A stretch of DNA of 36,919 nt from Thermoanaerobaculia bacterium. GTDB taxonomy: Bacteria > Acidobacteriota > Thermoanaerobaculia > Multivoradales > UBA5704. Under the pieces are notes generated by a model. The model was not told the origin of the DNA. It saw only the letters and a program-made list of their open reading frames with translations, and made no database searches. The first letter of the stretch is position 1, and every line of letters begins with the position of its first letter. Both the position numbers and the translations under genes were made by a program. Location of the stretch: NCBI GenBank assembly GCA_036277235.1, contig DASUNJ010000389.1, forward strand, positions 1 through 36,919. Direction: 5' to 3'. Shown piece after piece: positions 15,027-24,116 of this stretch.

Positions 15027-16211
15027 TTAGGGGAGGTCGGTTGCCAAGTGGTCGAGAAGCACCCGCAGAGGCGCCACGGTGACCCCCTCTCGGAGCGGAT
15101 ACGGCTCCGCGACCGGCGCGATCACCCAGGCTTCGTCGATGCCCAGGTCTTCGAGGGCGCTCCAGAAGCCGCGCGACACCGTGGGGGCCGTGGAGACCTT
15201 GCACTCCACGGCAATGCGCCGCCGGCCCCGCTCCAGAATGAGGTCGACCTCCGCTCCCGCGGCGGTTCGGTAGAAGCCGCACTGCCACCCTGGCAGGGCG
15301 GCGACGACGTTTTCGATCACCAGCCCCTCCCACGACGTGCCGCAGGCGGGGTGCGCCAGCAGGTCGTCGAGGCTGTCGATCTGGAGCAGGCTGTGCAGGA
15401 TGCCTGAATCCCGGAGGTAGATCTTCGGCGACTTGACGAGTCGTTTCTTCAGGTTGGCGGCGAAGGGCTCCAGAAGGCGCACCATGAAGATCTGGGTGAG
15501 CAGGTCGAGATAGGAGCGGATCGTGGTATGGCTCACTCCGAGGGCCGCGCCGAGCTGAGGGCCGTTGGGCATCTGCCCGTGGAGATGGGCGAGCATGCGC
15601 CAGAGGCGGTGGAGCGTCGCGGCCGGGACGTTGAACCCGAGCTGCGGGATGTCGCGCTCGAGGAAGGTCCGGGTGAAGCTGTCGCGCCAGGCACGGCTGC
15701 TCTCCTCGCTCGGAGCGAGGAAGCTGCGGGGAAACCCTCCCCGGAACCAGAGGCGGGGGAGCACTCCCGGGTCGTCCGCGGGCAGCTCGCTCGCCAGGAA
15801 CGGCGTCAGCTCCAGGTAGGTGATCCGGCCGGCCAGCGTCTCGGAAGTCTGCCGAAGGAGGTCGCGCGAAGCGGAGCCCAGGAGCAGGAACTGCCCGTTG
15901 CGCCTCTCCTCGTCGGCCAGGCTGCGCAAGAGAGGAAAGATCTCCGGGACCCGCTGGATCTCGTCGAGGCAGAAAAGAGAGGCGGTGCCCTGCGCACGGT
16001 TCAGGTTGAAGAAGAGCTCGGGATCGCGGAGCTTGCCCAGATCCGAAGGCCGCTCCAGGTCCAGGTAGACGACACCGGGATGGCCTCCGACCGTCTCCCG
16101 GACCAGCGTGGTCTTGCCGCACTGGCGTGGCCCCAGGACCGCCACGATCGGGAAATCCGCCAGCCGTGCCGCGATCAGCCTTTGGATCTTCCGAGGGACG
16201 TAACCATGCAT
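15027..16211 (-). CDS. AAA+ ATPase with C-terminal DUF4143 (PD-(D/E)xK-like) domain
   Basis: Walker A is LGPRQCGKTT and Walker B is LFCLDEIQ. The C-terminal EVDLILERGRRRIAVECK fits a D...E-x-K nuclease-like core. This is the common AAA_14 + DUF4143 architecture. Confidence 0.85.
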   Translation of the reverse strand: MHGYVPRKIQRLIAARLADFPIVAVLGPRQCGKTTLVRETVGGHPGVVYLDLERPSDLGKLRDPELFFNLNRAQGTASLFCLDEIQRVPEIFPLLRSLADEERRNGQFLLLGSASRDLLRQTSETLAGRITYLELTPFLASELPADDPGVLPRLWFRGGFPRSFLAPSEESSRAWRDSFTRTFLERDIPQLGFNVPAATLHRLWRMLAHLHGQMPNGPQLGAALGVSHTTIRSYLDLLTQIFMVRLLEPFAANLKKRLVKSPKIYLRDSGILHSLLQIDSLDDLLAHPACGTSWEGLVIENVVAALPGWQCGFYRTAAGAEVDLILERGRRRIAVECKVSTAPTVSRGFWSALEDLGIDEAWVIAPVAEPYPLREGVTVAPLRVLLDHLATDLP

Positions 16212-16263
16212 TCTGAAAGTCTAGCTTTCATTTTGCATGGTTACAAGCGGTGTGAACCTCTCC

Positions 16264-17262
16264 TCAATAGGGTGGCAGGACTCCGAGCAGGTCGCCGCGC
16301 TCCTCGGGGCTGAGGAAGGCCGCGGCCACCGCGTTCTCCTGCATCTTCCTCAGGTCGTCCTCGCTTAGGCCCAGCTCCTCCTGCGCGATCCGGTACTCAT
16401 GTGCGAGGTCGATGCCGCTGATGCTCGGGTCGTCCGTGTTCAGGGTGACCGCCAGCCCGCGGGCGAGCAGGGCGGGCAGGGGGTGGGATGCGTAGTCGGG
16501 CACGGTGCTCGTCTGGATGTTGCTGGTCGGGCAGACTTCGAGGGGGATGCCGCGCTCGGCGAGCAGATCCAGCACCTCGGGGTCCTCGATCGACCGGACG
16601 CCGTGGCCGATGCGCTCCGCGCCGAGCCCGAGCACCGCCTGCCGGACGCTCTCCGCTCCGGCCGCCTCTCCCGCGTGCGCGATCACCCGCAGCCCGGCCT
16701 CCCGCGCCTTGCGGAAGTGGTCCACGAACAGCTCGCCCGGAAACCGGGCTTCGTCCCCCGCGAGATCGAGCGCCACGATGCCGCGGTCACGGCCGCGGAT
16801 CGCCGCTTCCAGCTCGGTCCAACCCCGCTCCGCGCCGTAGTGGCGGGAGATGATCCCGATGAGCTTCGCCTTGACGGGCAAGCCGCGGGCCTCCTCCAGG
16901 GCGTCGCAGGCGGCTTCGGCCACGCCGAGGGTGTCGAGCCCGTGGTACTCGGCCATGAACGCGGGGCTGAAGCGCAGCTCGACGTAGTCGATCCCCTCGC
17001 GGACCGCGTCCTCCAGGTTCTCGCGCACGATCCGGCGCACGGCGTCGTAGTCCACCATGACCCGCCGCATCATCTCGAACTTGGCGATGAAGTCCATGAG
17101 ACTGGGCTCCCGCCCCACGATCTGGACGTAGGGGCGGATGCCCTCGACCGTCATGGCCGGGAGGTCCACCTTGTGCTGCCGGGCGAGATCGATGACGGTT
17201 TCCAGACGGAGGTTGCCGTCCAGATGGCGGTGGAGCTCGACGAGGGGATAGCCGTTCCGCAT
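16264..17262 (-). CDS. add: Adenosine deaminase
   Basis: ELHRHLDGNL, HAGE and TLNTDDP are the metal-binding signature residues of adenosine deaminase. The protein is 332 aa. Confidence 0.9.
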   Translation of the reverse strand: MRNGYPLVELHRHLDGNLRLETVIDLARQHKVDLPAMTVEGIRPYVQIVGREPSLMDFIAKFEMMRRVMVDYDAVRRIVRENLEDAVREGIDYVELRFSPAFMAEYHGLDTLGVAEAACDALEEARGLPVKAKLIGIISRHYGAERGWTELEAAIRGRDRGIVALDLAGDEARFPGELFVDHFRKAREAGLRVIAHAGEAAGAESVRQAVLGLGAERIGHGVRSIEDPEVLDLLAERGIPLEVCPTSNIQTSTVPDYASHPLPALLARGLAVTLNTDDPSISGIDLAHEYRIAQEELGLSEDDLRKMQENAVAAAFLSPEERGDLLGVLPPY

Positions 17263-17274
17263 GGGAACGGCATC

Positions 17275-18621
17275 TTAGCGCAGGGCAGCCAGTCGGCGGG
17301 CGAGGTCGGCCCTCACCTTGGCGAGCCCCGGCGCCTTGTGCCGGCTCTGGAGCTGGAGCGGGTCCGCCTGTATGTCGTAGAGCTCCCGGCTGCCGTTGCG
17401 GTATTCGATCCACATCCAGCGGTCGGTCCGGATCGCCTCGTAGGAGGGGCGCGACTTGTTGCGGCTCAGCACCTCGAAGAACAGCGCGCGGTCCTTCCCG
17501 AAGGAGGGGTCCAGGGCGACAGGGAGGAGATGGCGGCCGTCCATCTTCCTCCGCGCCGCGGCGCCGGTCAGGGCGACGATCGTCGGGGCGAGGTCCACGT
17601 TGGAGACCGGCTGGAGCGCCGTGGCTCCCGCCGGGAACCCGCCGCCGCGGACGATCAAGGGCACGTGGATGGCCTCTTCATAGGGGAGGAGCTTGCCTTC
17701 CGGAATCCGGTGCTGGCCGTGGTAGAAGCCGTTGTCCGAGGTGAAGAGGATGACGGTGCGGTCGAGCTGGCCGGTCTCCTCGAGAGTGTCGACCAGGCGC
17801 TCGACCAGGTCGTCGATGGCCAGGAGCGATTCCAACTGGGCACGGTAGGTGCGGAGGATCTGGGCCTTCCTCGCCTCGCCCAGCGGACGGAGCTTCTGGA
17901 TGTGGGGCGGCTTGTCCTGGACGTCCGCCTCGTTGAACGAGGCTCCAGGGGGCAGCGGCTCGTTTGCGAACCGGCCGATGTGGCGTTTCGCCGGCCGCGG
18001 GGCAATCCCCTTGCCCGTCTCGTCGCTGCGCTCCAGGTGCGGGGCGACCGGGGCCACGCTCAGGAAGAACGGCTCTTCCATCTCCCGCAGGATCTCCTCG
18101 GCCCTGGCGGCCAGCACGTCGGTCTGGTAGTCCTCCTCCGCATCGCCGTATTGGACCCGCTTGCCGCCGTCGATCACCGTGTAGTCGTAGAGCTCGTAGG
18201 TGCTCGGATCGGAGAGCCCGAACCAGTGCGACCAGCCCGGCGGCACCTCGGGCCCCTTGTAGCCGTTCAGGTACTTGCCGACATGGGCGGTCTCGTACCC
18301 CGTTGCCTGGAGCCAGACCGGCAGCGTGTTCGAGTGGTCGAACCGGCCATAACCCCCGTCCGGCGGCTTGTTCGCCATCACCTTGTGGTTGTGCGCGTAC
18401 TGCCCGGTCAGAAGCGTGGCCCGGGACGGGCAGCAGACCGGGTACGAGACGAAGGCGTTCGCGAACGTCGTCCCCTCCTGTCCGAGGAGCCGCTGCGTTT
18501 TTTCCAGGACACGCATGGATTCCAGGGTCTGGTCGTCGGTGAGGATGACGAGCACGTTCGGCCGTTCCGTGGCGGCCGCTCCGTTCATAGCCAGAAGAAG
18601 GAGCAACAACAAGGCTTTCAT
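17275..18621 (-). CDS. Secreted sulfatase (Cys-type, formylglycine-dependent)
   Basis: The start was chosen at MKALLLLLLLAMNGAAA (signal peptide). PNVLVILTDDQ and SYPVCCPSRATLLTG form the C-x-P-x-R sulfatase signature. Its stop lies 12 nt upstream of the add start, suggesting an operon. Confidence 0.88.
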   Translation of the reverse strand: MKALLLLLLLAMNGAAATERPNVLVILTDDQTLESMRVLEKTQRLLGQEGTTFANAFVSYPVCCPSRATLLTGQYAHNHKVMANKPPDGGYGRFDHSNTLPVWLQATGYETAHVGKYLNGYKGPEVPPGWSHWFGLSDPSTYELYDYTVIDGGKRVQYGDAEEDYQTDVLAARAEEILREMEEPFFLSVAPVAPHLERSDETGKGIAPRPAKRHIGRFANEPLPPGASFNEADVQDKPPHIQKLRPLGEARKAQILRTYRAQLESLLAIDDLVERLVDTLEETGQLDRTVILFTSDNGFYHGQHRIPEGKLLPYEEAIHVPLIVRGGGFPAGATALQPVSNVDLAPTIVALTGAAARRKMDGRHLLPVALDPSFGKDRALFFEVLSRNKSRPSYEAIRTDRWMWIEYRNGSRELYDIQADPLQLQSRHKAPGLAKVRADLARRLAALR

Positions 18622-18658
18622 GCCCCCATGATAGCCCTGCTGGTAGAGTAGGCGGCCC

Positions 18659-19084
18659 ATGGAAGCGCACTTGAAGCCTCCAAAGGACGTCGTCAGGAAG
18701 CAGCGCCGCACCGCGGAGAAGCTGCGCCTGGACCGCATCGAGCGCCACATCTTCCTCTGCTGCGACCCGACCAAGCCCAAGTGCGCCAGCCGCAAGGAGA
18801 CGCTCCGCTCCTGGAAGTACCTCCAGAAGCGCCTCAAGGAGCTGGGGCTGTCGAGGAAGGGGGGGGTCTATTGCAGCCGGGCCAACTGCCTCGACATCTG
18901 CACCGGCGGCCCGATCGCGGTCGTCTACCCCGATGGAGTCTGGTACGGCCACTGTGAGCCGCCGGTCCTGGAGCGCATCCTCCAGGAGCATCTCCTCGGC
19001 GGCAGGATCGTGCGCGAGTTCCGCATCCTGGCGCGCCCGCTCCCCGAGCGTCCCCTCACTGCCGAAGAGCTGGAAGAGGATTGA
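18659..19084 (+). CDS. Thioredoxin-like [2Fe-2S] ferredoxin family protein
   Basis: HIFLCCD...KCAS...C...[21 protein letters not shown] is the Cys pattern and PxxxxYPxGxWY motif of COG3411-type ferredoxins. Confidence 0.75.
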   Translation: MEAHLKPPKDVVRKQRRTAEKLRLDRIERHIFLCCDPTKPKCASRKETLRSWKYLQKRLKELGLSRKGGVYCSRANCLDICTGGPIAVVYPDGVWYGHCEPPVLERILQEHLLGGRIVREFRILARPLPERPLTAEELEED

Positions 19085-19086
19085 GC

Positions 19087-20790
19087 ATGAAACGGATTCC
19101 CCTTCTTCTCCTGATCTTGACCCTGGTCTCCTGCGCCTCGCAGGGGACTCGGACTCCCGCCGACGATGTTCCCGCCCAGGGAGAGCGCAGGGCGTTCCTC
19201 CTGCACGTCAACGACGTCTACCGGATCGAGGGGGTCGAGGACGGGCAGGTGGGCGGGCTGGCCCGCATCCGTACTTTGCGCAAGGAGATGGAGGAGAAGT
19301 ATCCCGATCTCGTGCTGGTCCACGGCGGCGACTTCCTCTTTCCCTCCTTCGCGAGCCGCATGTACAACGGCGAGCAGATGATCTCGGTGATGAACGCGCT
19401 CGACGGGAACACCGCCTTCGACGACCGGATGCTCGTCGTCATCGGCAACCACGAGCTCGAGAAGACGAAGCTCAAGGACGCGTCCATCCTCGACCGGCGG
19501 ATCGAGGAGTCGCAGTTCCGCTGGCTCGGGAGCAACGTCGTCTTCAAGAAGGGCGAGGACGGCGCTCCCCTGGTCGAGGCTCCCAACCTGGCGCGGACCA
19601 ACGTGCTGGTGAGCGGCGGCATCCGCATCGGCTTCTTCGGCGTCACCATCCCCACGGCCGGAGTGGCCTACGTGGATGAGTTTGCGGACCCGATCGAGAC
19701 GGCGCGGGAGCTGACCGCCGAGCTGCGTGCCCAGGGAGCCGAGGTCGTCGTCGCCGTGACCCATCTCCGGGCCCAGGACGACCGCCGGCTGCTGGAGACC
19801 TTGGGTGACGAGGGGCCGGACCTGATCCTCGGCGGCCACGACCACGAGAAGATGGCGCTCGAGGTGGGCCGGCGCCGCATCCTCAAGGCCGACGCCGATG
19901 CCCGGACGGCCACGGTGGTCCGGCTCTCGGTGGGACCGAACGGCCACGTGAACGTCGCGCACGATTTCCAGGCGCTGGAGCGCGTGCAGGTCAGGCCCGA
20001 TCCGGACGTCCTGCAACTGGTCGGCGACTGGCAGGCGAAGCACGAGAAGGAGTTCTGCACGAAGGCGGGCTCCCCCCCGGGCTGCCTGGGCGAGGTCTAC
20101 GGCATCACGCGCACGCTCCTGGAGGCCGAGGAGAACAAGATCCGCGGCTCCGAGACCTCGCTCGGCGACTGGGTGGCGGACCAGATGCTGCAGACGATGA
20201 AGGAGTGCGGAGCCCAGGCCGCCTTCATCAACTCGGGCTCCCTGCGCCTGAACACGGATCTCCCCGCCGGCACCCGCATCACCCGCCGGCACGTCGAGGA
20301 GCTGTTCGCCTATCCCACGCCGCTGCGCCTGATCCGCATCGACGGTGCCACCCTGCAGAAGGTGGTGGACAACGCGGTCAAGCACTGGCCCGGGAGCGGG
20401 AGCTGGCTCCAGGTCGCGGGGATGGCCTACGTCCACGACACGGCCGGGAAGGCGGCGAGGAACCTGAGCCTTCTCGGGGAGGGTGGACCCCGGGCGGTCC
20501 GTCCCGACGAGAGCATCCTGGTCGCGACCAACGACTACCTGGTCGACCCCGGGGCCGGGGACCAGGACGGCTACACCATGCTGAACGTGAATCAGAAGGA
20601 GGAGGGCTGCGCCGCGGAAGACCGCGACCTCAAGGAGGTGGTGGAGAAGGCCCTGCGGGCCGCCGGCACTTCCGTTTTCCAGGGCCAGGGGATCGAGCCC
20701 AAGGCCGAGGGGCGCATCTGCCAGCCCGATGACGGCCGGCCGTGCCTGGCGGCGGGAGCCTCAGAACAGCCGGCCGGCCGCCGTCCCTAG
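19087..20790 (+). CDS. Bifunctional metallophosphatase / 5'-nucleotidase lipoprotein (UshA-like)
   Basis: MKRIPLLLLILTLVSC has lipobox LVSC. Calcineurin-like motifs are NDVYR, GGDFLFPS, GNHELE and GGHDHE. A C-terminal 5'-nucleotidase domain is present (NSGSLR, NDYL). The ATG lies 2 nt after the ferredoxin stop. Confidence 0.88.
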   Translation: MKRIPLLLLILTLVSCASQGTRTPADDVPAQGERRAFLLHVNDVYRIEGVEDGQVGGLARIRTLRKEMEEKYPDLVLVHGGDFLFPSFASRMYNGEQMISVMNALDGNTAFDDRMLVVIGNHELEKTKLKDASILDRRIEESQFRWLGSNVVFKKGEDGAPLVEAPNLARTNVLVSGGIRIGFFGVTIPTAGVAYVDEFADPIETARELTAELRAQGAEVVVAVTHLRAQDDRRLLETLGDEGPDLILGGHDHEKMALEVGRRRILKADADARTATVVRLSVGPNGHVNVAHDFQALERVQVRPDPDVLQLVGDWQAKHEKEFCTKAGSPPGCLGEVYGITRTLLEAEENKIRGSETSLGDWVADQMLQTMKECGAQAAFINSGSLRLNTDLPAGTRITRRHVEELFAYPTPLRLIRIDGATLQKVVDNAVKHWPGSGSWLQVAGMAYVHDTAGKAARNLSLLGEGGPRAVRPDESILVATNDYLVDPGAGDQDGYTMLNVNQKEEGCAAEDRDLKEVVEKALRAAGTSVFQGQGIEPKAEGRICQPDDGRPCLAAGASEQPAGRRP

Positions 20791-22434
20791 CATCGCCTCG
20801 CGCACCAGCGGAATCGGCGGCCCGCCGTAAGAGAGAAACCGGTCGTGGAACTCGCGCCAGGCGGCGCGCCCGCCCCTCGACGAGGTCCAGTCCTCGCGCA
20901 GACGGCGCACCATCAGCTTGCCCAGCGTGTAATTGAGGAAAGCCGGGTCGAACGTGCCGCGCGCCGCTTGCTGCCGGGCGTTGGCCGTATCCTGGAAGCC
21001 CTGCTCGCGAAACATTTGCTCCGCCTCCGCGAGCGTCATGCCGCCGGCGTGGAGCCCGAGAGCCACCAGGTAGCGGACGTTGCGCAGGAGGGCGTTCTGG
21101 AGCTGGCCGATCCGCGCCTTGGGATCGCCCGCGCCGAAGCCCGCCTCCCAGATCAGCTCCTCGGAGTAGTGAGCCCAGCCCTCGGCGAAGCCGTAGCCCA
21201 CGAAGAGCCGCCCTACCAGCGACTCGGCGCGGTTCGAGTGCAGGAACTGGAGGAAGTGCCCGGGCCAGACCTCGTGCGCCGTGATGAACAGCAGGTCGGC
21301 CTCGCCCGCGACGTAGGCGGCGCGCTCTTCGGGAGTCCATGCGGAGTCCGGCGGCGAGATGTAATAGATCGCCGGCAGGTGCTTGTCGTAGGGGCCGGGG
21401 ATGTCGATGTACGCCGAGTTCCAGCGCTGGTACGGCGGCGACTCCTCGACCTGGGCCTGCTCGTCGCCGGGGATGCTGACCAGTCCGGCCTCCTCCACGA
21501 AGCGGCGCAGGCCGGCGAGCTGGCGGCGGGCCGCCCCGACCGGTCCCTCCGGCGGCTTCTCGGCCTGCACCCGGGCCAGGCACTCCGCAATCGAGACGCC
21601 AGGCGCCCATTCGGCGCACGCCTCGCGCAGAGCCGACTGGTTGCGCTCCAGCTCGCGGAGGCCGGCGGCTTCCAGGTCGGCGAGGGAGACGTCCACCCGC
21701 TCCGTCTCGCGGAGCATCCTCAGGAAGAGATCGGCGCCGAGCGCAAAGCCCTCCTCGGGCGCCGAGGCGATCTGGCCCTGAAACCAGGCGCCCAGCTCCC
21801 GCACGGCCATGGCCGCGGCGGCGTTCGCCTGGCGGAAGTCAGCCTGGAGATCCAGTTCCTCCACCGAGGCGAAGACCGGGGGGACGTCGCTCTCGAAGTA
21901 GCCGGCGAGGCCGCGGAAGGACATCTCGCCCAGCTCCGCGAAGGTCCGCGGCATGGGAGTCTGCAGGTTGGCGCGGACCTGGGCGGCCGTCGCCGGGATC
22001 GCCTTCGCATAGTCGACGTAGGCGCGCATGCGCTGCTCGAGCGGGGCGTACTCGCGGGTCAGGTAGAGCGCGGGGTCCATCGGCCCCGCGTAGTAGATCG
22101 GGTTGCGCCAGGGCCAGCCGCCCTCGACCCAGAAGAGGTCGCTGTCGATCTGGGCGGTCAGCGCCTCGCGCTCGACCCGGCGGCGCTCGTCGAGGCAGTC
22201 GGGGTCGAAAGCCAGGGCGCGCTCGCGCTCCGCGCTCAGCCAGTCAGACCGGTCCGCGATGCCTGCCGGGCTCCAGTCCGGCAGCCGGCCGTCGTGCTCG
22301 TGCCGTCCGGCCCACTGCGAGAAGGTGGGGTTGCGCTCGAAGTAACCCTCCAGAAATGACTCGACGAAGCGGTCCCAGGCGGGCGCAATGGCCGAAACGT
22401 CCAGGCAGGGGAGTCCCTTGGCTTCTAGATCCAT
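20761..22434 (-). CDS. DUF885 family protein (metallopeptidase-like)
   Basis: The 557-aa ORF contains HEVWPGHFLQ (HExxPGH), typical of DUF885. Its 3' end overlaps the convergent 5'-nucleotidase gene by 30 nt. Confidence 0.8.
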   Translation of the reverse strand: MDLEAKGLPCLDVSAIAPAWDRFVESFLEGYFERNPTFSQWAGRHEHDGRLPDWSPAGIADRSDWLSAERERALAFDPDCLDERRRVEREALTAQIDSDLFWVEGGWPWRNPIYYAGPMDPALYLTREYAPLEQRMRAYVDYAKAIPATAAQVRANLQTPMPRTFAELGEMSFRGLAGYFESDVPPVFASVEELDLQADFRQANAAAAMAVRELGAWFQGQIASAPEEGFALGADLFLRMLRETERVDVSLADLEAAGLRELERNQSALREACAEWAPGVSIAECLARVQAEKPPEGPVGAARRQLAGLRRFVEEAGLVSIPGDEQAQVEESPPYQRWNSAYIDIPGPYDKHLPAIYYISPPDSAWTPEERAAYVAGEADLLFITAHEVWPGHFLQFLHSNRAESLVGRLFVGYGFAEGWAHYSEELIWEAGFGAGDPKARIGQLQNALLRNVRYLVALGLHAGGMTLAEAEQMFREQGFQDTANARQQAARGTFDPAFLNYTLGKLMVRRLREDWTSSRGGRAAWREFHDRFLSYGGPPIPLVREAMLGTAAGRLF

Positions 22435-22502
22435 GAGCCGGGAGTTTACTGGAAGCGTACCCCCCGGCGGATGATGGCGTAGAAACCGGGTAGGATTTGC
22501 TC

Positions 22503-22949
22503 ATGACAGAACAGAGCTACGCGAATCACAGCAGGTACGTCCCCGGATTCCACTTCGTGACCCTGGGCATTCTGGCAGTGAACCTCCTGTGGTCCCTGTA
22601 CCGGCTCTTCTGGCCTTATTCGGAGGAGGTGCCGGTGCTCGACAGGATCCTGGCGGTGCTGGTGGCCGGAGGGCTCGCCGCCCTGGCCTACTATGCCCGG
22701 GTGTTCCCGCTGGCGGTCCAGGACCGGGTGATCCGCAACGAGATGCACGCCCGGCTGGAGGCGGCGCTGCCGCCGGACCTCCGGCCCCGGATCAGCGAGC
22801 TGAGGCGCGGACAGATCGTCGCCCTGCGTTTCGCCGGCGACGAGGAGCTGCCGGAGCTGACGCGGCAGATTCTGGACGGCAAGCTGAAGAAGGGGGACGA
22901 GATCAAGCGGGCGGTCCGGAGCTGGCGGGCGGATCACCTCAGGGCCTGA
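22503..22949 (+). CDS. Small two-TM membrane protein (resembles DUF6526-type proteins; family call from memory)
   Basis: MTEQSYANHSRYVPGFHFV is followed by two hydrophobic helices and a charged C-terminal tail. ATG at 22503 is preferred over the TTG at 22497 used by the track. Confidence 0.6.
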   Translation: MTEQSYANHSRYVPGFHFVTLGILAVNLLWSLYRLFWPYSEEVPVLDRILAVLVAGGLAALAYYARVFPLAVQDRVIRNEMHARLEAALPPDLRPRISELRRGQIVALRFAGDEELPELTRQILDGKLKKGDEIKRAVRSWRADHLRA

Positions 22950-22967
22950 GGGGCCTGGAAAAGCGAA

Positions 22968-22991
22968 GAGGCGAGCCCGGAGGCCCGCCTC
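22968..22991. terminator. GC-rich hairpin between convergent genes (possible bidirectional terminator)
   Basis: GAGGCG-a-GCC cgga GGC-c-CGCCTC forms 9 pairs around one A/C mismatch. There is no U-tract. Confidence 0.3.
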
Positions 22992-23013
22992 AGCGATCAG
23001 CGATAAAGCAGGG

Positions 23014-23307
23014 TTACGGCTGCGGCGGACGGTTGCCGTCCTCTTCTTCGTTCTTGTCGTCGGCCTTGCCCTCGCCAGGCATGGTCACGTCGACATCGGG
23101 GACGGTGACTTCGCGCTTCTCGGTTGTCACGTCCACATCGGCGGCGTCGACGTCATACTCGGGCAGCTTGCCGCCCTCGGCGGAAACGTCGACATCCGGC
23201 AGCTCGCCCTCTTCGGTCTGGCGGACCCGGCAACCGGTGGCGAACACCGTCAGCAGGGCCAGCAGGAGGACGAAAGACATCCAGCTCTTTTTCTGAGAAC
23301 GAACCAT
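23014..23307 (-). CDS. Small acidic lipoprotein with (L)P(D/E)(V/Y)DV repeats
   Basis: MVRSQKKSWMSFVLLLALLTVFATGC has lipobox FATGC. GGAGA lies 7 nt upstream of the ATG (complement of 23305-23307). The mature part is ELPDVDVSAEGGKLPEYDVDAADVDVTTEKREVTVPDVDVTMPG. Confidence 0.7.
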   Translation of the reverse strand: MVRSQKKSWMSFVLLLALLTVFATGCRVRQTEEGELPDVDVSAEGGKLPEYDVDAADVDVTTEKREVTVPDVDVTMPGEGKADDKNEEEDGNRPPQP

Positions 23308-23403
23308 GATGGTGTCTCCTTTCGCAATATTCGGTAACTGAAGCGTCTCGTCGCGTTGGGCCCCTGAAACGGGCTCTACTTGTCCTGATACACTGCATGG
23401 CCC

Positions 23404-24066
23404 ATGCCAGCGACGGCCCGCATCCTGCTCCTCCTGGTGCTCTTCTCCGGCTGCCACCTGCGGCCCGCTACCGTGCCGCTGCGCACGATCGAGGTCGAGC
23501 CCGGCGTTCCGGGCTCGCGCTTGTTGGTGGTGCTCCTGCCCGGAAGGCGTGACAGCCCCGAGGACTTCGCGCGCTTCGGCTGGGGCGAGCTGGCGCGCAA
23601 GTCGGGGGCCGGAGCCCGCATCGTGGCCGTCGACGCCCATCTTGGCTACTACCATCGGCGCACGATCCTCGACCGGCTGCGCGAGGACGTGATCGCGCCG
23701 GCTCAGGCCCGGGGGATCAATCGGATCTGGCTGGCGGGGGTCTCCCTCGGCGGCACGGGCTCGATCCTCTACTCGATCGAGCACCCCGAGGACGTCCGCG
23801 GGATTGCGCTGTTCGCCCCGTTCCTCGGGGAGGAGGAGCACCGGGACCCGCCGGATTTTCAGCGGCGGATGTGGTCCTGGCTCGAGGCCGGGCCGGCCAC
23901 GCCCATCTATCTCGGCTGGGGGACGGAGGACGACTTCGCCCCCATGAACGGCCTTCTCGGGAAGACCCTTCCGGCCGAGAGGGTCTTCACCATCCCGGGA
24001 GGGCACGATTGGAAGACGTGGACGAAGCTCTGGGAGCTGTTCCTGGAAACGGGAGCGCTGAAGTAG
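23404..24066 (+). CDS. Alpha/beta-hydrolase (esterase-like) lipoprotein
   Basis: MPATARILLLLVLFSGC has lipobox LFSGC. The nucleophile elbow is GVSLGG (G-x-S-x-G), and a conserved H lies near the C-terminus (IPGGHDW). Confidence 0.75.
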   Translation: MPATARILLLLVLFSGCHLRPATVPLRTIEVEPGVPGSRLLVVLLPGRRDSPEDFARFGWGELARKSGAGARIVAVDAHLGYYHRRTILDRLREDVIAPAQARGINRIWLAGVSLGGTGSILYSIEHPEDVRGIALFAPFLGEEEHRDPPDFQRRMWSWLEAGPATPIYLGWGTEDDFAPMNGLLGKTLPAERVFTIPGGHDWKTWTKLWELFLETGALK

Positions 24067-24116
24067 GGGCACCCCTTTGTGGGTGCCCTTCCGGAGGGCG
24101 GCCACAAGGGCCGCCC
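24067..24116. terminator. Two tandem GC-rich hairpins between convergent genes
   Basis: GGGCACCC-ctttgt-GGGTGCCC (24067-24088) and GGGCGGCC-acaag-GGCCGCCC (24096-24116) each form a perfect 8-bp stem. They exactly fill the spacer between the stop codons at 24064-24066 and 24117-24119. Confidence 0.55.
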
